Source: an uncultured Acidobacteriota bacterium (lineage in GTDB: Bacteria; Acidobacteriota; UBA6911; RPQK01; JAPXNP01). Taken from it: 64,000 nucleotides of DNA. Both the position numbers and the translations under genes were made by a program. The stretch is from assembly GCA_963777605.1 (NCBI GenBank), contig CAVZRV010000007.1, forward strand, positions 864,001 through 928,000. Reading direction: 5' to 3'. The notes below the pieces were generated by a model. It was given only the letters and a program-made list of their open reading frames with translations. It made no database searches and had not been told where the DNA came from. Of the stretch, positions 30,897 through 40,771 are shown in pieces (position 1 is the first letter of the stretch; each line of letters starts with the position of its first letter).

Positions 30897-30906
30897 GAGT
30901 CACACC

Positions 30907-31602
30907 ATGCCCGATCAGCTGGTTATTGAAACTCACGGCATCGAAAAAGTCTACTCCGACAACGGGGTACCGGTGAACGCCCTGCGCGGTGTCGACCTAA
31001 AGGTCAGAATAGGGGAGTTCACCGCCGTGGTCGGGCCATCAGGATCCGGAAAGACGACCTTGTTCAACATTCTTTCCGGTCTCGACGTCCCCACCCGGGG
31101 AGAAGTCTGGCTCTCGGGCAGAAAGATATCGACGATGAGCGGGAGTGAACTCTCCGACTTCCGGCGGGACTACATCGGTTTCGTGTTTCAGGCCTACAAC
31201 CTGATCCCCGTCCTGACGGTGGAGGAAAATGTCGAGTACATCATGCTGCTCCAGGGAGTGCCCAAGCAGGATCGGAAAGATCGGGTCCGAGCAATCCTGA
31301 TCGACGTCGGACTGGACGGAATGGAAACACGACTCCCGACCAAGCTCTCGGGCGGTCAGCAACAGCGGGTAGCCGTTGCCCGGGCGATTGTTTCGAACCC
31401 GTCCCTCGTTCTTGCCGACGAACCGACCGCCAATCTCGATTCCAAAACGGGTTCCGGCCTGCTCGACATGATGCGCCACCTGAACGAAACCAAGGGCGTC
31501 ACATTTCTCTTTTCCACCCACGACCAGATGATCATGGACCGTGCCCGCAGACTCGTCACTCTAAAAGATGGGCGGATCGAAAGTGACGAATCGCGAGATT
31601 AA
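30907..31602 (+). CDS. ABC ATP-binding protein (LolD-like)
   Basis: GPSGSGKTT, LSGGQQQR, LADEPTANLD. Confidence 0.92.
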   Translation: MPDQLVIETHGIEKVYSDNGVPVNALRGVDLKVRIGEFTAVVGPSGSGKTTLFNILSGLDVPTRGEVWLSGRKISTMSGSELSDFRRDYIGFVFQAYNLIPVLTVEENVEYIMLLQGVPKQDRKDRVRAILIDVGLDGMETRLPTKLSGGQQQRVAVARAIVSNPSLVLADEPTANLDSKTGSGLLDMMRHLNETKGVTFLFSTHDQMIMDRARRLVTLKDGRIESDESRD

Positions 31603-31603
31603 T

Positions 31604-32866
31604 GTGCGAAGAGCCGCCCTGATAGCGTCACTTTTGTTATTCGCCTGCCAGCCTCTCACCCTCCAGCTGCAAGGCGCCTCTTCCCTTGAACTGGGCGGGT
31701 ATTACAAGAATTTCACAGTTGGATATCGCTTCCCCGACGACAACCTGTTCGGCTTCACTGGCGGTCTCGTCCCCGGCACCTATAATCGATTCCGCCTCAA
31801 TGCCACCTGGAAAATATCAAACCGGCTCTCCTTTTCCGGTTCTTACGATTTCGCCCCTCGCTGGCAGGACCCGGTCCTGAACTCCCGTCCGATCGGTTTC
31901 CTGCGGGACACGCGACGCAGTTACCGGATCGCTGACCTTAACCCGAGGCTCTACCCCGGCGACGAGGCCGACACCGCAAACCAGTCATTTTCCATCAACC
32001 AGAATTTCGACCGCGCATTCGCCACCGTGCGCTTCAGCTTCGCCGATCTCTATGTCGGCCGTCAGGCAATCGCCTGGGGATCAGCCCGCGTGGTTAATCC
32101 GACCGATGTGATTGCACCATTTAGCTACAACGAACTGGACGTCGAGGACCGGGTAGGAGTTGACGCAGTGAGACTCCGGGCTCCCATCGGACTTCTTGGC
32201 GAGTTTGACACTGGCTTCGTTTTTGGCCGGCACTTCGAGTTTGAGAACAGCGCCTTCTTTGTCCGAACCAAGTTTTACTACAGGAAGGCGGACGTGGCTG
32301 TCCTGGCAGTTGGGTTCAAGGAGAATCTCATGGCCGGGCTTGATATTGCCCGGTCCCTCGGAGGAGCCGGGGCGTGGTTCGAAGCGGGTCAGGTCTTTGC
32401 CGGGCTCCTTTCCGATGGAAGACGGAACCCCAGCCAAGACTACTTCCGCCTCAGCACAGGACTCGATTACACGTTGAGAGACGGAACCTATGTTTTCGGT
32501 GAGTATCATTTCAGCCAGGCTGGAAGTTGCGCCCCTTCTCGGTACTTGGACAACCTGGACTCGGTGGCCTTTCGTGACGGAGCTGTTTACCTCCTGGGAA
32601 GGCATTACGGGGCGGTTGGAATGACGCGGAATCTCACGCCCCTGGTCACGCTGGGCCTGCAGAGCCTGATCAACCTCGACGACGGGTCCCTGTTTCTGGT
32701 ACCCAACCTCGAGTACAACGTGGCCGAGAACATTTATCTTTCAGGCGGGGCTTACTGGGGATTGGGGGCGGCTTCCTCTGTCACTGCTGGCGGCCGCCCC
32801 ATCGCTGAATCGGAGTTTGGAAGTTACCCGGACGTCTTCTTCGGTTCGCTCCGGTTCTATTACTGA
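31604..32866 (+). CDS. Putative outer-membrane beta-barrel protein
   Basis: Signal peptide, VGRQAIAWG, NPTD, GVDAVR, alternating beta pattern, aromatic C-terminus (LRFYY). Confidence 0.7.
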   Translation: MRRAALIASLLLFACQPLTLQLQGASSLELGGYYKNFTVGYRFPDDNLFGFTGGLVPGTYNRFRLNATWKISNRLSFSGSYDFAPRWQDPVLNSRPIGFLRDTRRSYRIADLNPRLYPGDEADTANQSFSINQNFDRAFATVRFSFADLYVGRQAIAWGSARVVNPTDVIAPFSYNELDVEDRVGVDAVRLRAPIGLLGEFDTGFVFGRHFEFENSAFFVRTKFYYRKADVAVLAVGFKENLMAGLDIARSLGGAGAWFEAGQVFAGLLSDGRRNPSQDYFRLSTGLDYTLRDGTYVFGEYHFSQAGSCAPSRYLDNLDSVAFRDGAVYLLGRHYGAVGMTRNLTPLVTLGLQSLINLDDGSLFLVPNLEYNVAENIYLSGGAYWGLGAASSVTAGGRPIAESEFGSYPDVFFGSLRFYY

Positions 32867-33294
32867 ACTTCCGGAGCGGAGCAATACGTCTTGAGTGCTT
32901 CGCTCAGATCGTTGGCAATCGCATCGGGATTCCGGCCTTCAATCAGATTTCGGTGCATCATATAAACCAATTTGCCGTCTTTCATCAGGGCAACACTTGG
33001 TGAAGAGGGCGGCTGGGGTTTGAAGTACTCCCGGGCCCTCTCGGTCGCATCGAGATCCTGGCCGGCAAAGACGCTGGCCAATGTGTCTGGCCGAGGCCCC
33101 GCGGCAAGAGCTTTTGCGATCGCCGGACGAGCACTCCCGGCCGCGCATCCGCAAATCGAATTAACGACTACCAGGGCGGTACCCTTATGGTTACTCAATA
33201 CTCGATCCACGTCGTCGGCATTCTTGAGTTCCTGAACACCAATCTGTTTCAGTTCCTCCCGCGCGGGTCGAACCCACTCCTCTGGATACGGCAT
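32860..33294 (-). CDS. brx: BrxA/BrxB family bacilliredoxin
   Basis: NSICGCAAGSARP, VFAGQD, PPSSPSVAL. Confidence 0.92.
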   Translation of the reverse strand: MPYPEEWVRPAREELKQIGVQELKNADDVDRVLSNHKGTALVVVNSICGCAAGSARPAIAKALAAGPRPDTLASVFAGQDLDATERAREYFKPQPPSSPSVALMKDGKLVYMMHRNLIEGRNPDAIANDLSEALKTYCSAPEVQ

Positions 33295-33496
33295 AATTAT
33301 CTCTCCCTCACTTATTGATCGTGGATGTTTGGACACCCAAGAGAATTACCGGACGGTTTTGCCAGGTTGCTGTCATTATAGGGCAAAGACAGAATCAAAG
33401 CAGAAATCGGCAGTCAATACGCGGGGAGATCGGAACCTCGGGTCGCTGATGGGTTTTCCCAGGAAGTTGTCTTCGGCTCTCTCAGACAGGAGAAGA

Positions 33497-33522
33497 GTAA
33501 CTAAGTTGCGCTTGGTGACGTT
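33497..33522 (+). promoter_or_regulatory. Putative ECF sigma promoter (GTAACT-N16-CGTT) upstream of the tandem-adaptor exporter
   Basis: AAC/CGT elements with the same spacing as the sites at 52803 and 62789. Confidence 0.45.
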
Positions 33523-33570
33523 TAACACTGTAGTGACTCAGACTATTGTCGCTGGGAGGGATACAAAACG

Positions 33571-35892
33571 GTGAATCGACTCCTCATATTGAGCTTGTTC
33601 ATTGGGTTGGTTACGGCTGCCGATCCTGTCGACAAAGATCGACTGGTCGTCGTGCGAGGTGATCTTGTCAAAACGTTGACCTTGACTGGTGAACTCCGGG
33701 CAGTGGACCGCCTGACAGTCGCAACGCCCAGGATCCGACGTACCCACAACTTGGTAATTTCTTACCTCGCCCCGGAAGGCGCGCAGGTTCAGGCCGGAAA
33801 TACTGTCGTCGAATTTGACGTCTCGGAGTTGGAGACCCGTCGTCTTGAACTGGAACAAAACGTAGAAGACGCCCGAATCAAGATAGCCCAGGCCAAAGCC
33901 GACATCGAATCTCGACGGCAGGACCTGCTGTTGGCCGAGGCGCAGGCAAAGAAGAACATGGATGTTGCCAAGCTATACATCGGAATCGATCCGCAATTGA
34001 TTCCGGCGGCGGACGCCGAAAAGTATCAGTACGACTACGCCCAGGCACAGGTCGAACTGACCAAAGCTCGGGAGCGCCTGAGCACGCTCAAAGAAACCGA
34101 ACAGGCACAGCTCCAGGTTGTCCAGCTCGAATTCCAGCAGGCGGACCTCGAGCTTAAGCAGATCATCAGTGAAATGGAGAAGTTGACCGTGCGGGCGCCT
34201 GGCCCCGGATTGGTAGTCTATGCCGACAATCCGACTCGGGCGGGCAAGATTCAGGTGGGGGACTCCGTCTGGAGCGGAGCGCCGGTGGTTTATCTTCCGA
34301 ATATGAATGCCCTCGAGATCGAGGCCTTCGCCTACGATTCGGACTTCCCCTCCCTTGAGGAAGGCCAACACGCGGAAATCATGCTTGACGCCATTCCGAA
34401 CGAGATCTTTCCCGGTCATGTAGCTTCGATTGCGGAAAGCTCACAACCTCGCGAGTTCCGCTCTCAACTGAAGGCCTTTTCAGTAATTGTGCGGATGGAT
34501 GAAGCAAACATCGACGAGATGAAACCGGGAATGACTGCCAGAGTCCACATTCCGGTGACCAATACAGACGCAGTCGTGGTGCCGCGCGCCGCCATTCTGG
34601 TGCATGCCGACGGGACCGCCGACGTGCGGTCGGTGGACGGACGCACTATTCCGGTCACAATCCTGGATGCAAGCGCTACCGAGGCGGCCGTAGCGGGCGA
34701 TCTGCAGGGAGGCGAGCAACTTGTGGCTCAGAACACCGAGTCACTTTCCACCAACACTACCTCCGATGTCGAATGGTCAACGGCCGAAAGGGACAGCTTT
34801 CGATTTTTCGTTTCCGGATCCGGCACCGTGGAGGCTCAACAGGAGGTTTCCGTAGGCCCCCCAGGATCAGCGCATGGCTGGCGCTTCAAGATCATGAACC
34901 TCGTGCCGGAAGGTACGCAAGTCAAGCCGGGCGATCTCCTGGTCGCTTTTGACCCGACTGAAACCCAAACGCACCTGCGCGACGAGATCGCCGGTCTTCA
35001 AAAGGTAATACAGGAACTGGAGAAAACCAAGGCTTCCGAAGAACTCAGTCTGAAGGATCTGGAAATCCAGATTGAAGATTCGCGAGTCCAGGATGAAAAG
35101 GCCCGCAACAAGTTGACCCAGGCTCGGGAGTTTGAATCCAATCTGACGGTGAAAGAGGCCGAGTACGAGGCAACGTTCGCGTCCCTGCGACTCCAACTGC
35201 TGGAGAAGAAACTCACTTTCGTCAAGGAATCGACCCGGCTCCAGCTGCAAATCCTGGAAGATCGCAAAAAGCTGCACGAGTATCGGATCCAGTCGTTCAA
35301 AGACACGCTTGAAGAGTTGACCATAGAGGCTCCCAAACCCGGGGTGGTCATTTACGAAACCAACTGGAGAAATGAGAAGAAGCAGATCGGCAGCGATGTC
35401 TTTCGCACGGAGAAAGTCCTTTCTCTTCCCGACCTGACGACATTGGTAATCCAGGGACAGGTTGCCGAAGTTGACGCCGGGCGGTTGAGAATAGGTCAGG
35501 AAGTGGAAGTAACGGTTGATGCCCTTCCAGACCGGATCTTCCACGGAAGACTGGCGTCGATTGGGACAATTTTCCGCAGGGCCTCCTTTGACCGGCCGAT
35601 TAAGGTGCTGGATGTAGCCGTCGAGTTTCAAGATGAGGAATTGAATGTTCTCCGTCCTGGAATGGTGGCGAAACTCGAGATCATCGAGAGTCGATTCAAT
35701 GATGTTCTTGCGGTTCCTCTTTCCGCGATACGGGTGGAGGGCGACCAGCCCTTCCTCTGGGTTCGGAAGGCCGAAAAGATCGAAAAGCGTCCCGTCAAAC
35801 TCGGCAAGAATAACGGTATCGTGGGTGTTGTTCTGGATGGATTGAATGAAGGTGAAGAGTTCGCAAGTCGGGCCCCGGAGGTGGCGTCGTGA
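33571..35892 (+). CDS. Periplasmic adaptor (MFP/HlyD) with two tandem adaptor units
   Basis: Two repeats of PEGxQVxxG..FD / coiled coil / APxPGxVxY / xPGMxA. Confidence 0.82.
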   Translation: MNRLLILSLFIGLVTAADPVDKDRLVVVRGDLVKTLTLTGELRAVDRLTVATPRIRRTHNLVISYLAPEGAQVQAGNTVVEFDVSELETRRLELEQNVEDARIKIAQAKADIESRRQDLLLAEAQAKKNMDVAKLYIGIDPQLIPAADAEKYQYDYAQAQVELTKARERLSTLKETEQAQLQVVQLEFQQADLELKQIISEMEKLTVRAPGPGLVVYADNPTRAGKIQVGDSVWSGAPVVYLPNMNALEIEAFAYDSDFPSLEEGQHAEIMLDAIPNEIFPGHVASIAESSQPREFRSQLKAFSVIVRMDEANIDEMKPGMTARVHIPVTNTDAVVVPRAAILVHADGTADVRSVDGRTIPVTILDASATEAAVAGDLQGGEQLVAQNTESLSTNTTSDVEWSTAERDSFRFFVSGSGTVEAQQEVSVGPPGSAHGWRFKIMNLVPEGTQVKPGDLLVAFDPTETQTHLRDEIAGLQKVIQELEKTKASEELSLKDLEIQIEDSRVQDEKARNKLTQAREFESNLTVKEAEYEATFASLRLQLLEKKLTFVKESTRLQLQILEDRKKLHEYRIQSFKDTLEELTIEAPKPGVVIYETNWRNEKKQIGSDVFRTEKVLSLPDLTTLVIQGQVAEVDAGRLRIGQEVEVTVDALPDRIFHGRLASIGTIFRRASFDRPIKVLDVAVEFQDEELNVLRPGMVAKLEIIESRFNDVLAVPLSAIRVEGDQPFLWVRKAEKIEKRPVKLGKNNGIVGVVLDGLNEGEEFASRAPEVAS

Positions 35893-37199
35893 GAAAGGTT
35901 TTGGTCAGTCTGTCAGTTGTCGGCGCAGTTCTCGTAAGCGGGTACTTTTTGTGGGGGCAGATTTCCGAGCGGGTACAACTTCTGATTACTCCCCAGAAGG
36001 GCGATCCTGTACCGACGGTGGTGGTTGAGGGTCGTTCCTATCACCTGTTGGTGCCCAGTTCCGGCGAATTGCTGGGCTTGAGTACCACACCCCTGATGAC
36101 CCCAAGGATTCGCCGAGGTTCACTGAAAGTGAGCTGGTTGGAGAAAGAAGGTCGAATCGTCCAGAAGGGGTCGCCCCTGGTCGAGTTTGACCCAACCGAG
36201 GCCCAACTCAACTTGCAGCAGAGCGAGAACGAGGTCACCTCCTACTCCTATCAGATGGACAAGAGCAGGGGAGACGCGGAAGGGGAAATGTCCGTTCTCA
36301 ACCTGGACGAAGAGGCTGCTGCCGAAGAACTGGCCTACGCCACTGGCCAGGTTCGGAAAGACGAAGAGATCTTCTCGCGCTGGGAGATTCAGGAATCACT
36401 CATGAGCGCCGCCCTTGCTGACTTTCGTAAGTCCACCCTGGGCGACAAAGTTGGCCTGCGCGACACGCTCGACAAGTCCAACCTCAAAATACTCAGCATC
36501 GACCAGCAGCGCGCCCGGGTTGAGATGGAATTGGCCCAGGACACGTTGTCTTCGTTGTCTATCGAGTCGCCCTCTTCCGGAGTCCTGATCTATCAGCGCA
36601 TGGGAATGGATCCGCTGGAAGTCGGTACCGAGGTCTGGCCTGGCCAGCCTCTCATGGAGGTTGCCCAGTTGGACAAGTTCAGGGCCAAGCTCCAGATTCC
36701 TGAGAAAGACGTGCTGGGAATTATTCCGGGCCAAAAGGTCTCGGTTGTCATCGAGGCGTTTCCAACGGAGACCTTCATGGGTGAGGTCAGTCAGGTGGCC
36801 AGGATTGCCCAGCAGGTCGACCGTGAGGACCCTCGCAAATACTTCGAATGTAATGTTCTCCTGGACGTCCCGATTGAGTTCATGGATCGGTTAAAACCGG
36901 GGATGAGTGTCAAGGCTGAGATCGAACTGGGAGAATACTCGGATGCCATCGTACTGCCGCGCAGTTCTCTGTCCAAGCAGGACGAATCGTGGGTCGTCTA
37001 TGTTTCCGAGCCGGCCGGATACCGCGAGCAGACGGTTGAAATAGTCGGCAGCGATCATGGATTCTACCTGGTCAAGGGCATCGATCCCGGCACCCAGGTC
37101 TGCCTTCGCGATCCATTTCAGAATCAGAAACTTAATCTTCCCGACTTCAACGCTCCAGCCGCACCTGCTCGGCAGGAACGCTTCGTCATCTATCGGTGA
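35889..37199 (+). CDS. Periplasmic adaptor (MFP/HlyD family)
   Basis: N-terminal TM, EGRIVQKGSPLVEFD, SPSSGVLIY, LKPGMSV. Confidence 0.85.
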   Translation: MRKVLVSLSVVGAVLVSGYFLWGQISERVQLLITPQKGDPVPTVVVEGRSYHLLVPSSGELLGLSTTPLMTPRIRRGSLKVSWLEKEGRIVQKGSPLVEFDPTEAQLNLQQSENEVTSYSYQMDKSRGDAEGEMSVLNLDEEAAAEELAYATGQVRKDEEIFSRWEIQESLMSAALADFRKSTLGDKVGLRDTLDKSNLKILSIDQQRARVEMELAQDTLSSLSIESPSSGVLIYQRMGMDPLEVGTEVWPGQPLMEVAQLDKFRAKLQIPEKDVLGIIPGQKVSVVIEAFPTETFMGEVSQVARIAQQVDREDPRKYFECNVLLDVPIEFMDRLKPGMSVKAEIELGEYSDAIVLPRSSLSKQDESWVVYVSEPAGYREQTVEIVGSDHGFYLVKGIDPGTQVCLRDPFQNQKLNLPDFNAPAAPARQERFVIYR

Positions 37200-37202
37200 G
37201 TT

Positions 37203-38438
37203 ATGGCCATCTTCGAATCGATCAAAGACGCACTGCTCAACTTGGGTCGCCACAAAATGCGAACCATTCTCACCATGCTCGGCATGATCTTCGGGGTAGC
37301 AGCCGTCCTGGCGATGCTCTCTATCGGAGCGGGAGCCGAGCAGGAAGCGCTCACGGTGATCCAGAAGATGGGGCTCCGCAACATCATCATCCGGGCGAAA
37401 CAGTTTGAGCCCGATGAGTTGATGGTCATTCGTCAGGATAGCCCAGGCCTCTCTCTCAGGGACGCCGAGGCTCTTGCCTACTCGCTGCCCGAGAAGACGA
37501 TTATCTCCGGGAAAAAGGAAGTCAAGCCCTACCAGATCGCTTCGGCCTTCGGAAGAGCCGATTCGCGGGTCCTGGCGGTCACCACTTCCTACCCCGTCAC
37601 AGCCGGCCTTTCCGTCGTGGAGGGATCGAACTTCCTCCCCATTGACGAAGCGTTGCGCCATCAGGTCTGTGTTTTGGGCACGACTGCAAGGAGAAAACTG
37701 TTCGGACTGAACCCGGCCATCGGAGAGCAGATCAAGATCAACCAGGAATGGTTTACCGTAATCGGAATTCTGGCCGATCAACAACTGGGCGGCAAGGAGT
37801 TTGAAGGCGTGAAGCTGGAGAACCCCAATAACGATATCTTGATCCCCCTCCAGACCTACCTGGCCAAGTTCGAACCGGACCCGATTGCAAACCAGCTGGA
37901 TGAAATCGTCGCTCAAGTCCCCACTACCGATGGGATACGGGAACACTCCGCACTGATCTCCGGAATGATGGGAAGCATGCACAACCAGATCGACGACTTC
38001 ACGCTGATCGTCCCTGAGAAGCTCTTGGAGCAGAGCCGGCAGACTCAGCAGATCTTCAATATCGTCATGGGAGCCATCGCCTCTATTTCCCTACTGGTCG
38101 GCGGCATCGGGATCATGAACATCATGCTGGCTTCCGTCCTGGAGCGGACCAACGAAATCGGGCTTCGTCGTGCGCTCGGGGCCCGGCGCCGGGACATCAG
38201 TCGCCAGTTCATCATGGAGTCGGTAACCATCAGCGTCAGCGGCGCTCTGCTCGGAATTGCATTCGGTTTTGCAATTGCGACGCTGGTTTCCGCTTACTCG
38301 GGGTGGCCTACGATCGTCACTCCGATCTCCGTTATTCTGGGAGTAGGCGTTTCGGTTTCAGTGGGGCTGGCGTTCGGCATCTTCCCGGCTCGAAAGGCTG
38401 CCCTTGTTTCCCCGATCGAATCGCTGCGCTACGAGTAG
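37203..38438 (+). CDS. MacB/YknZ-like ABC permease (no ATPase domain)
   Basis: RTILTMLGMIFGVAAV, ISLLVGGIGIMNIML, ERTNEIGLRRALGA, PIESLRYE. Confidence 0.92.
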   Translation: MAIFESIKDALLNLGRHKMRTILTMLGMIFGVAAVLAMLSIGAGAEQEALTVIQKMGLRNIIIRAKQFEPDELMVIRQDSPGLSLRDAEALAYSLPEKTIISGKKEVKPYQIASAFGRADSRVLAVTTSYPVTAGLSVVEGSNFLPIDEALRHQVCVLGTTARRKLFGLNPAIGEQIKINQEWFTVIGILADQQLGGKEFEGVKLENPNNDILIPLQTYLAKFEPDPIANQLDEIVAQVPTTDGIREHSALISGMMGSMHNQIDDFTLIVPEKLLEQSRQTQQIFNIVMGAIASISLLVGGIGIMNIMLASVLERTNEIGLRRALGARRRDISRQFIMESVTISVSGALLGIAFGFAIATLVSAYSGWPTIVTPISVILGVGVSVSVGLAFGIFPARKAALVSPIESLRYE

Positions 38439-38458
38439 TCACCGGGATCCGGCGGGGA

Positions 38459-39460
38459 TTACTCAACGAGAATCCGGCGACAGATGACCCCCGCCTCCCG
38501 AAACAAGTCGAATGAGGTCTCGTTGAGAGGATAGTCCTGGTTGTATACGACCTCTCTGATGCCCGCATTGATGATCATCTTGGTGCACATCAGGCAGGGC
38601 GCAAAGGTCGTGTACAGGGTGGCGTCCTTAACGCTGACGCCGTGATAGGCCGCTTGCGTGATTGCGTTTTCTTCTCCATGGGAGCAAAGACACTCGTCCA
38701 GTCGGGTTCCACTGTCCGCCAGGGAGTTGCATCGCGGGCACCCCCCCTCGTAGCAGTTTCGGGTTCCCCTGGGAGTGCCGTTGTATCCGGTTGAGACCAC
38801 CCGCTTGTCCCGCACAATCACCGCCGCCACCTTGCGCTTCACGCAGTTGCCCCGGAGGGCGGCAACCTGGGCGATTTTCATGAAGTACTCGTCCCAACTC
38901 GGCCGGTCGAAGTGAGCCATCAACTCACGGACCAGTGCCGAGACGCGTTCCTGCAACAGGCTGATCGGCCCATCGTTTTCAACCACCAGGTCTGCTGCTG
39001 CCGCGGTGCCGTCCAGGTCTTGCCCTTCCGCTCGGGAAGCCTCGGTTTCCGCCTGCTCCAGCGCCAGGAATGCCTCCATCGTGATTGGATCCTGCTCGCG
39101 CCCGCGATCTCGAATGCGTTCTAAGCGAGTCTCCGCCTTTGCTTTCACGGCAAGCAGCCGGAAGTTGGGGCGAGATCGAAATACCCGGACTTCATCGGGA
39201 TGGCGAAATGAATCAATGACGTAATTCTTGTCGGGGGCGAGACGCTGAAGAATCTTCTCGGCAAGGTATCCGGTACCATGCTCCGACCGCAGCCGCCGGC
39301 CCGTTTCGACCAGGTTCAGTCTCGTAACTTCGAGTCCTTCACGCGCCAGTTCTTCGCGAATGACATCCGAGAGAGAATAGAAATAGAAGCCTTTGATTTT
39401 GAGGAAACCGGCCACCTCACCCTTGCCCGAAGCGTTTCTTCCAGTCAAACCCAGTATCAT
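38459..39460 (-). CDS. P-loop NMP-kinase-like domain fused to dCMP deaminase
   Basis: LGLTGRNASGKG at the N-terminus; RPSWDEYFM, TGYNGTP, HGEENAI and PCLMC zinc motifs in the C-terminal half. Confidence 0.88.
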   Translation of the reverse strand: MILGLTGRNASGKGEVAGFLKIKGFYFYSLSDVIREELAREGLEVTRLNLVETGRRLRSEHGTGYLAEKILQRLAPDKNYVIDSFRHPDEVRVFRSRPNFRLLAVKAKAETRLERIRDRGREQDPITMEAFLALEQAETEASRAEGQDLDGTAAAADLVVENDGPISLLQERVSALVRELMAHFDRPSWDEYFMKIAQVAALRGNCVKRKVAAVIVRDKRVVSTGYNGTPRGTRNCYEGGCPRCNSLADSGTRLDECLCSHGEENAITQAAYHGVSVKDATLYTTFAPCLMCTKMIINAGIREVVYNQDYPLNETSFDLFREAGVICRRILVE

Positions 39461-39601
39461 GGTGCCTCCTTTATAACGAGGTCTCCCTCCCTATAACAAG
39501 GGGATCGTTCGGCAGGCCTGAAATGCCTGCCCAAAGATGGCTGAGTTTGCCGCTCCGGTTGGACCTGCCCTGCCGGTTTGGTTAGTGCTATAGTCTCCCC
39601 C

Positions 39602-40771
39602 ATGCCCTTCGAATCTGTCGATTTCTTTAAGCTCGACGACCTATTAACGGATGAAGAGAAGCTGGTTCGAGACAGTGTCCGCGACTTCGTGGAGGAAAGA
39701 GTCCTGCCTTCGATCGAAGACCACTACATGGCCGGAACCTTCCCGCTCGAACTGGTCCCGGAGATGGGCGAACTGGGCTTCTTTGGAGCCAACATTGAAG
39801 GTTACGGCTGTGCCGGCCTGAATGAAATTGCCTACGGCCTGATCATGCAGGAACTTGAAAGGGCAGACAGCGGCCTGCGCAGTTTTGTCTCGGTCCAGGG
39901 CGCGCTCGTCATGTATCCGATCCATTCATTCGGCGGCGAAGACCAGAAGAACCGGTGGCTTCCCCGGCTCCAAAGTGGATCGGCGATTGGTTGTTTCGGA
40001 TTGACCGAGCCCGATTTTGGTTCCAATCCCGGCGGGATGCGCACGCGGGCACGAAGCGACGGCGACTCCTACATTCTCAACGGTAGCAAGGCCTGGATCA
40101 CCAATGGCACGCTGGCCGACGTTGCGGTCGTGTGGGCGAAATGCGATGACGGCACAGTCCGGGGATTTCTGGTTGAGAAAGGGACTCCCGGCTTCGAGTC
40201 GCGTGATTACCACAACAAGCACTCCCTGCGAGCTTCCGTGACCTCCGAACTCTTCTTCGACAGTTGCCGAATTCCCGGCGACCAGGTTCTCCCCGGAACG
40301 GGCGGGCTCAAACACGCGTTGATGTGCCTGACGCAGGCTCGTTACGGTATCGCATGGGGAGCCGTCGGATCAGCGATGGCCTGTTTTGACGTCGCCCGGC
40401 GGTGGGCTGGGGAACGCAAGCAGTTCGCCGATCGACCCATTGCATCCCACCAACTGGTGCAGGCGAAATTGGCCGAAATGCTGACCGAGATCACCAAGGC
40501 TCAGCTTCTCGTCTATCGCCTTGGACAGTTGAAAGAGGCGGGCAAGATGCGATTCGACCAGGTCTCGCTGGCTAAGCGGAACAACGTCGCGATCGCCTTG
40601 CGGATTGCCAGGACCGCCCGGGACATCCTGGGCGCCAACGGCATCCTCTCGGATTACCCCGTTTTCCGGCACATGGCCAACCTTGAGTCGGTATTCACCT
40701 ACGAGGGGACTCACGACATCCACACCCTGATCCTGGGCCAGAGCATCACCGGCATTCCCGCCTACGAATAA
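39602..40771 (+). CDS. gcdH: Acyl-CoA dehydrogenase, glutaryl-CoA dehydrogenase-like
   Basis: DSGLRSFVSVQ, GCFGLTEPDFGSNPGGM, ARYGIAWG, TYEGTHDIH. Confidence 0.85.
   Translation: MPFESVDFFKLDDLLTDEEKLVRDSVRDFVEERVLPSIEDHYMAGTFPLELVPEMGELGFFGANIEGYGCAGLNEIAYGLIMQELERADSGLRSFVSVQGALVMYPIHSFGGEDQKNRWLPRLQSGSAIGCFGLTEPDFGSNPGGMRTRARSDGDSYILNGSKAWITNGTLADVAVVWAKCDDGTVRGFLVEKGTPGFESRDYHNKHSLRASVTSELFFDSCRIPGDQVLPGTGGLKHALMCLTQARYGIAWGAVGSAMACFDVARRWAGERKQFADRPIASHQLVQAKLAEMLTEITKAQLLVYRLGQLKEAGKMRFDQVSLAKRNNVAIALRIARTARDILGANGILSDYPVFRHMANLESVFTYEGTHDIHTLILGQSITGIPAYE

Noticed and set aside
36891-37982. 363-aa minus-strand ORF
   Set aside because: Antisense to the MFP and MacB-like genes; no independent motifs.
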